The notes below the pieces were generated by a model. That model was not told the DNA's origin, ran no database searches, and saw only the letters and a list, made by a program, of their open reading frames with translations. Source: Eledone cirrhosa (Eukaryota). From it: a stretch of 64,000 nt of DNA. Of the stretch, positions 12,580-27,635 are shown in pieces. Numbering within the stretch: position 1 is the stretch's first letter; every line of letters begins with the position of its first letter. The position numbers and the translations under genes are program-made. The stretch covers positions 320,044,001 through 320,108,000 of the forward strand of contig OZ024740.1 in NCBI GenBank assembly GCA_964016885.1, in the 5' to 3' direction.

Positions 12580-13970
12580 AGTGGTGGCAGGGTGGTGCGG
12601 TGTAGGGTAGGGTGGTATGGTGGTGGTGTGGTGTAGGGTAGGGTGGTATGGTGGTGGTGTGGTGTAGGGTAGGGTGGTGTGGTCGTAGTGTTGGTGTAGT
12701 GTAGGGTAGGGTGGTGGTGGTTGTAGTGATGTGATGTAGGGTAGGGTGGTATGGTGGTAGTGTTGGTGGTAGTCATGGTGTGGTTTAGGGTAGGATGGTA
12801 GGGTGGTGTGGTGGTGGTGGTGGTGCGGTGGTGCGGTAGTGTAGTTTGGGGGGGGGTTGTAGTGGTGTGGTCGTAGTGGTGGTGTGGTGGTGTGGCTGTA
12901 GTGTAGTGGTGGTGTTGGGGGGTGTTGGTAGTGGGTGGTGTGGTGGTGTGGCTGTAGAGTAGTGGTCGTGTGGGGGTGTGGGGCTGTTTGTGCGGTGTGG
13001 TAGGGTGTTGGTGTTGTGGTGTGGTGTAGTGTTGTGTTGGTATAGTAGTGTGGCGATGCGATGGCGTAGTGGCGGCGGTGTGGTGTAGTGGTGTGGTGTG
13101 GTAGTGTGATGCGGTAGTGTGGTGGAGCGGTGTGGTGTAGTGGAGTAGTTGTGTGGCGATGTGGTGTTGTGGCAGTGTAGTGATGTGGATGTGTGGTGGT
13201 GTAGAGGTGTTGTGAAATGGTGGGATGTAGTGGTTTGGTGGTATGGTGTGGCGTAGTGGTGTGGTGTAGTGGTGTAGTGTAGTGTTGTCGTGTAGTGGTG
13301 TGGTGTAGTAGTGTGGTGGTGTGGTGTGGTGTAGTGGTGTAGTGGTGTAGTGTAGTGGTGTAGTGTAGTGGTGTGGTGGTGTGGTGAGGTGTGATGGGGT
13401 GTAGTGGTGTGGTGGTGTGGTGTGGTGTAGTGGTGTAGTGGTGTAGTGTAGTGGTGTAGTGTAGTGGTGTGGTGGTGTGGTGAGGTGTGATGGGGTGTAG
13501 TGGTGTGGTGTAGTGGTATTGTGGTGTAGTGAGGTGATGTTGTGGCGGTGTAGTGATGTGGAAGTGTGGTGGTGTAGAGGTGTTTTGAAATGGTGTGATG
13601 TAGTGGTGTGGTGGTATGGTGTGGTGTGGTGTGGTGTAGTGGTGTGGTGTAGTGTTGTAGTGAAGTGGTGTAGTGTAGTGTAGTGGTGTGGTGGTGTGGT
13701 GGTGTAGTGGAGTGAAGGTGGGAGGCTGTGGCAGTGTGACAGTGTGGCCGTGTATAGGGTAGTGGCGGCATGGTCTGGTGGCGTGTCGCTAAGGCGGTGT
13801 GGCAGTTGCGGTGTAGTGGTGTAACGTTGTAGTGGTATAGTGACAGATTGGTGTGGCGGTGTTGTGGAGTGGTGTGGAGGTGTGGCGGTAGGTTGTTGTG
13901 ACTGTATGGTGATATGGTGGTGTAGCTGCGTGGTGTTATGATGTAGTGGTGGCGGTGTGGTGGTGTAGAC
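12580..13970. repeat. GT-rich low-complexity repeat (GGTGT/AGTGT pentamers)
   Basis: Continuous degenerate gtggt/gtagt units; source of the spurious 426-aa His/Thr/Pro ORF. Confidence 0.9.
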
Positions 13971-14066
13971 AATGAAATGGCTGTGAATACTCTACTAAGC
14001 AATGGCAAGAGGAAGTAATAGCATGCATTTGTATGTATGTCACTCTCCCTACATATGGTAGACATA

Positions 14067-14275
14067 CTTTGACGTTAAACTCCGCCAGTTGCAGACTGTG
14101 CATCAACATGAGATATTTTTCTCCACAAAGTTCGTTCACCAACAGCAGTTTAAAGAGCAAAGATCAAGTCCAGTCGATAGGTTGACATTATCAAGCCATC
14201 GTTTAATTTATGGTACAATTGTTTCATAAAACCTACAGTTTGACAAATGTGTCCGAACACGGAAGAACCGAACTC
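14067..14275 (-). mobile_element. RTE-like LINE 3' end fragment
   Basis: Minus strand VFGHICQT...KLNDG/WLDNV-like C-terminal remnant, then a short 3' UTR. Confidence 0.5.
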
Positions 14276-14334
14276 CCACTGTCCTCGCCTCCACCTCTCT
14301 CGCCCCCCCCCCCCATCTCTCTGTATTATGAGAA

Positions 14335-14940
14335 AATGGGGTCCCACGTGTTGGCCGCCCCACAGCCCCAGCGGACAGAATGAAGAAGGCGTTTCCCCGG
14401 TGGATGGTAAGGGAGATGCGCTGGTAGAGCCATTCCATCTCGCGAGGCTCACATCTGCGGCAGGCCAGCTCAGCCCCTATGGCAGTAAGTAGGGAGGTAG
14501 CCCTAGGGCCAAGATACCAGAAGTTTCCACTGCTAAGGGCACCACAACAAACCTGTCTGAGAGCGACTAATTCTTGGAGAGTTTGCCCTCCTCAGCCCGA
14601 AGTGCAGCAGAAACTGGGTTAGTTGCAGACTGCACCGGGTTGCGGCTGGAGAAAGTGTTGCTGCAAGTGGCATGCCGGACGAGAAGTTTGCCACCGCGGG
14701 ATAGGAAGATGATCATACCGTCTGGCCTTTTGCCGTTCCTTCGGTCCAGCCCCACCGGATCGAGCTGGGAGGGGAAGCCTGCAGCGTCCAAGCCATGCTT
14801 TATGATCTCGTTGAGGGCGGCATGGCATGGAAGGCGGCCGGCACTGTAGTGATAGGAAAGCGGGTGGAGGCTGAAAGAGTTCTTGTGGATCCGCAGCGAT
14901 ATTTGTGTGGCTCGCAGATCCGGAAGCTAAGCCTCATTGG
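14335..14940 (-). mobile_element. CRE-clade non-LTR retrotransposon 3' fragment (Zn knuckle + RLE endonuclease)
   Basis: ICEPHKYRCG; GFPSQLDPVGLDRRNGKRPDGM; AALRAEEGK; PLAVETSG; LYQRISLTIHRGNA. Confidence 0.85.
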
Positions 14941-15745
14941 CTGCCAGCCTCTGCTTCTCTTACCAGCGAACCTTCCTTCCACGAGTAGATCTTTTTATAT
15001 GACCGTATAGTTTGAGTACTCTTGACTTGACAATTGATGTAATTGGTCTAAGTTTGGTAATGTTGAGTAGCTCACTGATACAGATACGGTCGCTGATCCA
15101 CTTGCCAGTCATAAGTCTCACGATGTGGTTCTGGAATGTTGAGAGCATCTGACGTGATCTTATCGCCCAATTAACACAGTCAAGACCATATAACACCACT
15201 GGTAGGATGTAAGTATCGAAGATCTTAGCCTTCAGATGGTAGGAAACTCGTTTTGATGTTAGTACTTCCTTTTTCTTGTTGAAAGCTGCCCAACCTAGAG
15301 CGATGCGATGCAGCGCAGTAACCAATCCATTGTTGTTTGATTATAGTTTGTGACCGAGATATACAAACTCCGTAACTTGAGCAATTTGCTGGTTGTAGAT
15401 TGTGAGTTGGAGATTGGCCTTGTTTTTATCAGTTGTCATACATTTTGTTTTGGAGATGTTGATGTGTAAGCCAGACTCCAGAGAATGTTTGGTCAGTACA
15501 TTCAGAAAGTCTTCCAGATCATTTCTAGAGTAACTCATGTTGGTCAGATTGTCTGCATAGCTAAGATTTGATAGGACTTTACCTCCTATTTCATAGTCAG
15601 AAGAGCATTCTTCTTCAGTTTGGTAGATAAATGCAGCTATAACTATACAGAAGTGCTGATAGTACATCCCCCTGCTGAACACCCTTCAAGATGTATATAC
15701 AGCGTGTAGTTCCCAAATCTGTTTTGATATGCTGTCGTCTTCATT
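14941..15745 (-). mobile_element. RTE-clade LINE reverse transcriptase fragment (decayed)
   Basis: IKTDLGTT..ILKGVQQGDVLSALL; LSYADNL; GLHINISKTKCM; VTEFVYLG; RIALGWAAF; ILPVVLYG; LKLYGHIKR; EGRFAGKRSRG. Confidence 0.88.
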
Positions 15746-18700
15746 TATATGTCTGTCACTCTCCCTACATATGGTAGACTTATGTTGTCTTCTTCATCTG
15801 TATGTCTGTCACTCTCCCTACATATGGTAGACATATATGTTGTCTTCTTCATTTGTATGTCTGTCACTCTCCCTACATATGGTAGACATATATGTTGTCT
15901 TCTTCATTTGTATGTCTGTCACCCTCCCTACATGTGGTAGATATATGTTGTCGTCTTCATTTGTATGTTTGTCACTCTCCCTACATATGGTAGACATATG
16001 TTGTCTTCTTCATTTGTATGTCTGTCACTCTCCCTACATATGGTAGACATATGTTGTCTTCTTCATTTGTATGTCTGTCACTCTCTCTACATGTGGTAGA
16101 CATATGTTGTCTTCTTCATCTGTATGTCTGTCACTCTCTCTACATATGGTAGACATATGTTGTCTTCTTCATTTGTATGTCTGTCACTCTCCCTACATAT
16201 GGTAGACATATGTTGTCTTCTTCATCTGTATGTCTGTCACTCTCCCTACATATGGTAGACATATATGTTGTCTTCTTCATTTGTATGTCTGTCACTCTCT
16301 CTACATGTGGTAGACATATGTTGTCTTCTTCATCTGTATGTCTGTCACTCTCCCTACATATGGTAGACATATATGTTGTCTTCTTCATCTGTATGTCTGT
16401 CACTCTCCCTACATATCGTAGACATATATGTTGTCTTCTTCATCTGTATGTCTGTCACCCTCCCTACATGTGGTAGATATATGTTGTCGTCTTCATTTGT
16501 ATGTTTGTCACTCTCCCTACATATGGTAGACATATGTTGTCTTCTTCATTTGTATGTCTGTCACTCTCCCTACATATGGTAGACATATGTTGTCTTCTTC
16601 ATCAGTATGTCTGTCACTCTCCCTACATATGGTAGACATATATGTTGTCTTCTTCATCTGTATGTCTGTCACTCTCCCTACATTTGGTAGACATATGTTG
16701 TCTTCTTCATCTGTATGTCTGTCACTCTCCCTACATATGGTAGACATATATGTTGTCTTCTTCATTTGTATGTCTGTCACTCTCCCTACATATGGTAGAC
16801 ATATATGTTGTCTTCTTCATCTGTATGTCTGTCACTCTCCCTACATATGGTAGACATATATGTTGTCTTCTTCATCTGTATGTCTGTCACTCTCCCTACA
16901 TATGGTAGACATATATGTTGTCTTCTTCATCTGTATGTCTGTCACTCTCCCTACATATGGTAGACATATATGTTGTCTTCTTCATCTGTATGTCTGTCAT
17001 TCTCCCTACATATGGTAGACATATATGTTGTCTTCTTCATCTGTATGTCTGTCACTCTCCCTACATATGGTAGACATATATGTTGTCTTCTTCATCTGTA
17101 TGTCTGTCACTCTCCCTACATATGGTAGACATATATGTTGTCTTCTTCATCTGTATGTCTGTCACTCTCCCTACATATGGTAGACATATATGTTGTCTTC
17201 TTCATCTGTATGTCTGTCACTCTCCCTACATATGGTAGACATATATGTTGTCTTCTTCATCTGTATGTCTGTCATTCTCCCTACATATGGTAGACATATA
17301 TGTTGTCTTCTTCATCTGTATGTCTGTCACTCTCCCTACATATGGTAGACATATGTTGTCTTCTTCATCTGTATGTCTGTCATTCTCCCTACATATGGTA
17401 GACATATATGTTGTCTTCTTCATCTGTATGTCTGTCACTCTCCCTACATATGGTAGACATATATGTTGTCTTCTTCATCTGTATGTCTGTCACTCTCCCT
17501 ACATATGGTAGACATATATGTTGTCGTCTTCATTTGTATGTTTGTCACTCTCCCTACATATGGTAGACATATGTTGTCTTCTTCATTTGTATGTCTGTCA
17601 CTCTCCCTACATATGGTAGACATATATGTTGTCGTCTTCATTTGTATGTTTGTCACTCTCCCTACATATGGTAGACATATGTTGTCTTCTTCATTTGTAT
17701 GTCTGTCACTCTCCCTACATATGGTAGACATATGTTGTCTTCTTCATCAGTATGTCTGTCACTCTCCCTACATATGGTAGACATATATGTTGTCTTCTTC
17801 ATCTGTATGTCTGTCACTCTCCCTACATTTGGTAGACATATGTTGTCTTCTTCATCTGTATGTCTGTCACTCTCCCTACATTTGGTAGACATATGTTGTC
17901 TTCTTCATCTGTATGTCTGTCACTCTCCCTACATATGGTAGACATATATGTTGTCTTCTTCATCAGTATGTCTGTCACTCTCCCTACATTTGGTAGACAT
18001 ATGTTGTCTTCTTCATCTGTATGTCTGTCACTCTCCCTACATATGGTAGACATATATGTTGTCTTCTTCATTTGTATGTCTGTCACTCTCCCTACATATG
18101 GTAGACATATATGTTGTCTTCTTCATCTGTATGTCTGTCACTCTCCCTACATATGGTAGACATATATGTTGTCTTCTTCATCTGTATGTCTGTCACTCTC
18201 CCTACATATGGTAGACATATATGTTGTCTTCTTCATCTGTATGTCTGTCACTCTCCCTACATATGGTAGACATATATGTTGTCTTCTTCATCTGTATGTC
18301 TGTCACTCTCCCTACATATGGTAGACATATATGTTGTCTTCTTCATCTGTATGTCTGTCACTCTCCCTACATATGGTAGACATATGTTGTCTTCTTCATC
18401 TGTATGTCTGTCACTCTCCCTACATGTGGTAGACATATGTTGTCTTCTTCATTTATATGTCTGTCACTCTCCCTACATATGGTAGACATATGTTGTCTTC
18501 TTCATCTGTATGTCTGTCACTCTCCCTACATATGGTAGACATATATGTTGTCTTCTTCATCTGTATGTCTGTCACTCTCCCTACATATGGTAGACATATA
18601 TGTTGTCTTCTTCATCTGTATGTCTGTCACTCTCCCTACATTTGGTAGACATATATGTTGTCTTCTTCATCTGTATGTCTGTCACTCTCCCTACATATGG

Positions 18701-19102
18701 TAGACATATATGTTGTCTTCTTCATCTGTATGTCTGTCACTCTCCCTACATATGGTAGACATATGTTGTCTTCTTCATTTGTATGTCTGTCACTCTCCCT
18801 ACATATGGTAGACATATATGTTGTCTTCTTCATCTGTATGTCTGTCACTCTCCCTACATGTGGTAGACATATGTTGTCTTCTTCATTTGTATGTCTGTCA
18901 CTCTCCCTACATATGGTAGACATATATGTTGTCTTCTTCATCTGTATGTCTGTCACTCTCCCTACATGTGGTAGACATATGTTGTCTTCTTCATTTGTAT
19001 GTCTGTCACTCTCCCTACATATGGTAGACATATATGTTGTCTTCTTCATCTGTATGTCTGTCACTCTCCCTACATGTGGTAGACATATGTTGTCTTCTTC
19101 AT
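15728..19102. repeat. 53/55-bp minisatellite, about 62 copies
   Basis: Unit catctgtatgtctgtcactctccctacatatggtagac(at)atatgttgtcttctt. Confidence 0.97.
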
Positions 19103-19166
19103 ACTATAGCAGACACAAGTTTTCTGCAGTTAAATGCATGAATACTTTACTACGTGGCTCCCTCTC

Positions 19167-19233
<67 letters not shown>

Positions 19234-19824
19234 TGCGTGCGTGTGTGTGTATGTGCGTGATATGTGTAGTTTGCATGAATACCTTAATACGTGTCTCTGC
19301 GTGTATGTGTGTGTCTGTGTGTGCATGTGTGTGTATGTCTGTGTATGTGTGTGTCTGTGCGTGTGTATGAATAAGTAAGTGCATGTGTGTCAGTCTGTGT
19401 GTGTGTGCGTGTGTAGTGTGCATGAATACGTAAGTGCATGTGTGCCTCTCAGTGTGTGTGTGTGTGTGTGTTTATTTGTCACCTCTACATGTCTATCTGT
19501 CCACGTATACGTGTGTCTGTGTGTAGCGTGTATGAATACGTCAGTGCGTGCGTGGCACTCTGTGTGTGTATGTGTGTTTGTCATCTATGCGTATCTAGAT
19601 TTCCATGTATACGTGTATGTGTGTGTGTGTGTCATCTCTGCATGTCTATATCTCCATGTATATATATATGTGTGTGCGTGTGTATGTGTGTGTCATCTCT
19701 GCATGTCTATCTCTTCATGTGTACGTGTGTGTATATACGTGTGTGTGTGTATGTGTGCGCGCGTTTCTGTGTGTCATTTATGCATGTCTATCTCCATGTA
19801 AACCTGTGTGCGTATGTGTGTGAA

Positions 19825-19859
<35 letters not shown>

Positions 19860-20115
19860 CATCTATGCAAGCCTATCTCCATGTAAACGTGTGAATGTAT
19901 GTGCGTGTATCTGTGTGTGTCTGTTTGTCATCTATGCATGTGTACACGTATGTATGTATGTATGTATGTATGTATGTATGTATGTATGTATGTATGTATG
20001 TATGTATGTATGTGTGTGTGCGCGAATATGTGCGTGTGTTTATCTCTATCTCGCCCCCTCTCTCTCTCTCTCTTTATATATATATATATATATATATTTG
20101 TGCATGTGCATAAGT

Positions 20116-20154
<39 letters not shown>

Positions 20155-20812
20155 CATGTGTGTGTGTGTGTGTGTATGTCTGAGCGTGTTTCTTCGTGTA
20201 TGTGCGTGCATATATGTGTGTGTGTGTGCATGTCTGTGTGTATATATGTGTGTCTATGTTTGTGTGTGTAGCTGTGACTGAGTGTGTATGTTTGTGTGTG
20301 TAGCTGTGTGTCTGAATGTGTATGTTTCTATGTGTGTGTGTGTGTGTGTGTGTCTGTGTGTGTGTGTGCATGTGTTGCGTGTGTGAGAGTCCAGACAATG
20401 CTGTAAATTTAATGGCGGTGGCAGTGGCAATGGGGGCGGGGGTACAGCGGCGGTGGTGGTGGTGGTGGTGGTGGTGGTGGTGGTGGTGGTGGTGTTGGTG
20501 GTGGTGGTGGTGGTGGTGGTGGTGTTGGTGGTGGTTGTGGTGGCCGCCGACTGCATGCAAGTTGTAAATGAGATGCTTCACAGTTTCAGAAACGTAGCAG
20601 TGGTTCGATGACGTCACTGGTTAAGGAGCACTTTTACTGCAAAGTCGAACGCAGCAGACAGGACGACTTGAAGGTGTTTTACCGCTAACATAGCGCAGTG
20701 AGATGTTCCACATGCATATATACAGACATATATACACACTAACATACATATATGCATCTATACATACTTACCTACATACATATATGCATCTATACATACA
20801 TACTTACATACA

Positions 20813-20844
<32 letters not shown>

Positions 20845-20912
20845 GGCAGACAGACAGACTTACATACATATATTCATACTTACATACATACATACATACA
20901 TATATACATATA

Positions 20913-20943
<31 letters not shown>

Positions 20944-21118
20944 TTATTTACATATAAACATACATACATACTTACATACATACATATATACATATATACA
21001 TACATACATACATACATACATATTTACATATAAACATACATACATATTTACATACATATATATACATACATACATACATACATACATACATACATACATA
21101 CATACATACATACATACA

Positions 21119-21152
<34 letters not shown>

Positions 21153-21327
21153 CATACATACATGCATACGTATAGAAACACAGACAGACAGACTTACATA
21201 CATATGTACATACATACATAGATAGGGGTATACATACATATATACATATATACATACATATATACGTACGTACATACATAGATACATTACATTCATACAT
21301 ACATACGTACGTACATACATACATGCA

Positions 21328-21417
<90 letters not shown>

Positions 21418-21419
21418 AT

Positions 21420-21537
<118 letters not shown>

Positions 21538-22145
21538 GCATATATACGTAGATACATGCCTGTATATACATATATACACGCACATATACATACATATACA
21601 TATTCACATATATACATGAATACATACATACATACATGTATATATACATGCATGAACATGCCTTGGCTCACATATACACACAAACACATACATATGCACA
21701 AACACTCATACACACACATATCTGTAAAATATATTGTGTTGTTTGGGTTTCTAAGTAAAGTTTTTCTTTTCAATATATATATTCGATTTAATCAATCACA
21801 TACACACACGCAGTAAGAAGTGTGTGTATGTTTATGTCTGTATGTGTGTATGTGTGTATGTGTGTATGTGCATGCGTTATGTTGTTCTTGTTACTGTTGT
21901 TTAACCCAAGGTCGACCCAGATCGTTTAAATCGATATTCAAGACATAATTATCCCGTATTTTCTTTCTACTATTTCAGACATTGTGTCCGCCTGCTAACA
22001 TTAGCTAACGCTGTCTGGTTCTTATTCAAGACCTAAGTGCTGCCGTAACTGACGGCCAGTCCAAGTTTGAAGGATATTTGCCTGATATTTCTAGCGAGTC
22101 AATCGACCACGCAGTGTGCGCGTGTTGTTGTTGTTGATGATGATG

Positions 22146-22181
<36 letters not shown>

Positions 22182-23263
22182 TTTATCCCCAGGTCAAACG
22201 TGATTAAGCAAACCTTACGATCAAAGGTACTCGTCATTTAGACGAAATAAAGGAGTGAAAACGAGAATAATGGAACACAAAATACTTTTACCTTACAATT
22301 CATGATATTTCGGGGTTAAAACCCACTTTTCAAAAGAAAAAGAAAACAGAGTGCGATATTGCCACCTACTCACAACAACTATGACACACCATTCTTTTTT
22401 CTTTTGAAATATCATCAAATATAAACATTTGTCCCGTGTTGTCTTACTTTACACCTGTTTTCGCTCCTGTATTTCTAACTTGCATTGTACAGGCTTTCTG
22501 AAACCAATTTAAATAATATATGTCAGTGGCCTATGGTTGTGGTTGTTGTTGTTGTCACAGGTTAACAATACTGCTCAACCTACTGCTGGGTCATGAGTAA
22601 AGATACAAACTTTAGGCTATTTCTATACATAATCATTGTTTGTGAGTGTGTGTGTGCGTGTATTATTAGATTTGGAAACCAATTACCGCGAGATTACAAC
22701 ATGATACTACAAGAACAAAATTATTATAAAGGAAATTTACCATATTTGGTCGGTATGAAAAGCTCAGCTAGCACCCCGAAATATACACTGTTGATTTATA
22801 TGTGTGCATGTGTGTACATGTGTGTGTACGTGTGTATGTGTATGAGTATGTGTGTGTCTGTGTGAGTGTCTGCGTGTGTCTGTGTATGTGTATGTATATG
22901 TGTCTATGTGCGTGTGTGTGTATGCGTGTGTGTGTGTGTGTATGTATGTGTATGTATATATGTGTGTTTACGTGTGTGTATGTGTGAATGTGTGTGTGTG
23001 TGAGTGTCTGTATGTTTGTATGTGTGTATATATGTGTATGTGTTATCTAAAAAGACATGTGTCAATGACTTCAAAGTTTCAGTTAGATCGTGTCTATCAG
23101 ATTGCCAGATGAAGCTACCATCATAGACATCTCTGCTTAGAATATAAAATTAAACTTAGCTCACAACTAGCGCATGCTCAATCTCTTTTACGTTCTATGC
23201 TATTTTAAATACACATTCTAATGAACGTATATATGTATGCATGTATATATATATATATATATA

Positions 23264-23645
<382 letters not shown>

Positions 23646-23747
23646 TAATAATAAAATTAGTAACCCCACTATCCGGGAGCTTCCAACCGACATGGTCGCA
23701 TTCTTTAAGGGTATGTCAATATTTGTTTATAAAACTGATCTATATTA

Positions 23748-23811
23748 TATTTTATCTGATGAAAGCGCACCATAATTTGCTTTGGTTTCCTTGAAATATG
23801 TATAATGAAAT
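23748..23811 (+). ncRNA. Hammerhead ribozyme motif
   Basis: tattttat-CTGATGA (23756), stem II aag..acca/tggt..ctt, GAAATATGTA (23793), taatgaaat. Confidence 0.6.
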
Positions 23812-23850
23812 AAATATGGTTTTATAAATATAGTTTCCATTTGTTAATAT

Positions 23851-23960
<110 letters not shown>

Positions 23961-24152
23961 TATATATATATATATATACACATATATATATCATAGATTG
24001 AGTTAGAAACTCTATAAACGAATCGAACATTATTATGTTCGATATAACCCATACGTACATATGTATATGTATATGTGTGTGTATGTATATATATATATAT
24101 ATATATAGTGACGAAACATAAGTCAATTGCATGAACTCATAATCCTTTATTT

Positions 24153-24208
24153 ACTGGTATATATATTTCGATGATAGCCATTGAATGGCTATGACCTCAT
24201 CAGGCAGT
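24153..24208 (-). ncRNA. Hammerhead ribozyme motif
   Basis: Minus strand: actgc-CTGATGA-ggtcatagccattcaatggctatcatc-GAAATATATATA-ccagt, followed by aataaa. Confidence 0.65.
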
Positions 24209-24393
24209 TAGTCAGTTCTTAGATATGCCAGCTCTATGTTTTTGGTGTTGATGGTTTCAGAGCCTTGGGACATATGAGCTTGTTAGGAATAATTTAATGT
24301 TGTCAGCACGAATAATCTTAATTCTCATTGGTCAGTTTGTAGATGGTAGTAGGGTTGGTATTTAATCTCAAAGAGATGTGTGTGTATGTGTGT

Positions 24394-24450
<57 letters not shown>

Positions 24451-24638
24451 CGCGTGCGTGTGCATACTTACATTTATGTATCAGCTGTGCTAGGGCGAGA
24501 AATAAAATTCCAAATTTATTTTTAATATTCGACAAGGCCAGCCGTAACTCGTTCGGTATGCAAATGAGGCTACTCAGCCGATGTGAACTTAAGAAAATAC
24601 TATGTATTTTAAACCGTTCAACAGATTGGCAGAGGTAT

Positions 24639-24681
24639 ACAGTCCTGATGAAGAGCAATGACCCAGAAACATGTTGTTTGT
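24639..24681 (+). ncRNA. Degenerate hammerhead motif
   Basis: CTGATGA (24645) ... GAAACATGTT (24666); stems I and II pair poorly. Confidence 0.35.
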
Positions 24682-24804
24682 TCCTCAAAGCCAGTGTTGA
24701 ACAAGGTGACGATCGGTCACCGGTACAGTACAGCTTCAAATCGGGCTGTTTGTTTACAAACGAATCGAACATTATTATTAATGTTCAATATAACCAATAC
24801 GTAC

Positions 24805-24901
<97 letters not shown>

Positions 24902-25059
24902 TGTGTCTGTGTGTGTGTGTGTGTACGTGTGCATACTTACATTTATGTATCAGCTGTGCTAGGGCGAGAAATAAAATTCTAATTTTATTTTATTAAATGT
25001 ATGTGTGTGTGTATATACACACACACACACACACACACACATACACACACACATACACA

Positions 25060-25146
<87 letters not shown>

Positions 25147-25285
25147 TTAAAAGTTAAGCAAGGTTCAATGATTACATCAAAGAATGAGTTTTACAATAAA
25201 TTGGAAGCACTCAACAGTTCTGTTTTCCAGAGTTATTAATATTAATTCAAAATATTAACAAAATAGATATTCTTGTGATCAATTA

Positions 25286-25352
25286 TATTTTATTATACAT
25301 ATTTCAGAGGTACTGAATTAAGTTCAACAGTACGTCCTCATCAGATAAAATA
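25286..25352 (-). ncRNA. Hammerhead ribozyme (minus arm)
   Basis: Reverse complement of the 25470-25536 motif. Confidence 0.7.
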
Positions 25353-25469
25353 AGTTGATGCATCAGATAAAATAAGATGATGCATGACATACCCTGACAT
25401 AGTAGATGGTTAAGATACCATGACTGAATCTTAACCATCTACTATGTCAGGGTATGTCATGCATCATTT

Positions 25470-25536
25470 TATTTTATCTGATGAGGACGTACTGTTGAAC
25501 TTAACTCAGTACCTCTGAAATATGTATAATAAAATA
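25470..25536 (+). ncRNA. Hammerhead ribozyme (plus arm)
   Basis: tattttat-CTGATGA (25478), stem II gtactg/cagtac, GAAATATGTA (25517), ta-ataaaata. Confidence 0.7.
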
Positions 25537-25575
25537 TAATTGATCACAAGAATATCTTTTGAATATTTTGAATTA

Positions 25576-25756
<181 letters not shown>

Positions 25757-25781
25757 TATCTTATGTAGTTTATTACATAGC

Positions 25782-25812
<31 letters not shown>

Positions 25813-26119
25813 ATGTGTGTGTGTGTATGTGTGTGTATATGTGTGTGTGTGTGTGTCTGTGTATGTATGTATATATATATAGAGAGAGAGAAAGGACCAT
25901 ATATGACCATATATCATAAAGAATTTACACACAATATATTGTTATATTATGAATTCTCTATTATATTTGGTCCTTTCACTCTATATATATACACATATAC
26001 TGTATATCTTTTACATTTGAATAATTATGGTTCTGGAGAAAGTCTATTGAGCTGGTTTATTGAGAAGCACAAAAATCTAACATATTTGATATGTTTTGAT
26101 TCCTCACATCTGTGTGTGT

Positions 26120-26256
<137 letters not shown>

Positions 26257-26366
26257 CGAGCGAAATGTTAATATAGTCATTCATCCATTCGTTAGTCAAA
26301 ATCAACGTATACATATATACATAAATACATACTTAATTAAATTCATTGTTTGCTAACACGAGTTTG

Positions 26367-26412
<46 letters not shown>

Positions 26413-26446
26413 TATATATATATATATATATATACATACATACATT

Positions 26447-26520
<74 letters not shown>

Positions 26521-26525
26521 CATAC

Positions 26526-26573
<48 letters not shown>

Positions 26574-26593
26574 GCATACATTTACATATATAT

Positions 26594-26985
26594 ATGGTGG
26601 CTGCCAACTCGTTTTCGAGTACGGCCACTACTTTATATCCATGTAAGAGAACCCCTACCGATACGCTGAACGAGTGTGACTTTTTAGTCCAGCCAGCGAC
26701 TTGAAAACTCTGGTACAAACACTACACTTGTGACAATTATTGACACATAGTGCTGGGCCCATGGTACCATGTGACGACAAGTGCAGAGAGATCTCCAGAT
26801 ATAAAGCAAAGCCTGTGCCGTGAAGCTTTTATAGTGAGCAAAGGCACTGCACAAAGCCAGTCCCACTCTCTTAACCAAGATGATATTTACCAAAATTCAG
26901 AGTTTTCCTTCTCCTAGAATTCTGCCTTGACAAAGGCTAAGGGGTCATCTCTCCCGGTGATTTTGGATGGCCATTGACTCTTAAG
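26594..26985 (-). mobile_element. Non-autonomous RTE-derived element, copy 1 (internal deletion)
   Basis: Near-identical to 28542, 37650 and 43060. Has the RTE-type C2H2 remnant and a 3' stem-loop (ctcg-aaaa-cgag) ending in a microsatellite. Confidence 0.85.
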
Positions 26986-27069
26986 TATACATATATATAT
27001 ATGCATACATACATATATATATATATATGTATATATATATACATATACACATATATATATACATATATA

Positions 27070-27141
<72 letters not shown>

Positions 27142-27178
27142 TGTAGCTCTGTTTACCTTTTCTACAGAAATGCATAAC

Positions 27179-27233
<55 letters not shown>

Positions 27234-27244
27234 TGTATGTGTGT

Positions 27245-27335
<91 letters not shown>

Positions 27336-27521
27336 TGCGTGTGTGTGTTTATATGTATTTATATATTTACTTCAAAATAAAATTACAAAACGTGAAGATA
27401 AGAATGTGAAAGCCATGTTGGTATTTGAACCTATTTCTCCTGGTTTCTTTGTCTCTGCAATGACTACGATATAACATGCTTTAAGATCGATACAATCCTA
27501 CTCTCGCTACGTCAACCTGTT

Positions 27522-27635
27522 CATACTACCACGCATCGAATTTTAACATCGACATCAATCCAAGCACATGCGCAATACGTATCTCACTTGTCTGGATCCA
27601 AATCGATATCAAAATTCGATGCGCGCTGATATAAC
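27522..27635. mobile_element. Short inverted-repeat element (MITE-like)
   Basis: gcatcgaattttaacatcga / tcgatatcaaaattcgatgc arms. Confidence 0.4.

Noticed and set aside
12785-14065. 426-aa His/Thr/Pro ORF
   Set aside because: Translation of GT-rich low-complexity repeat; no domain or gene structure.
22280-22335. Possible minus-strand hammerhead (gggtt-tt-aaccc-c-GAAATATC)
   Set aside because: The CUGANGA core is mutated (ttgaaaa) and stem I is unsupported.
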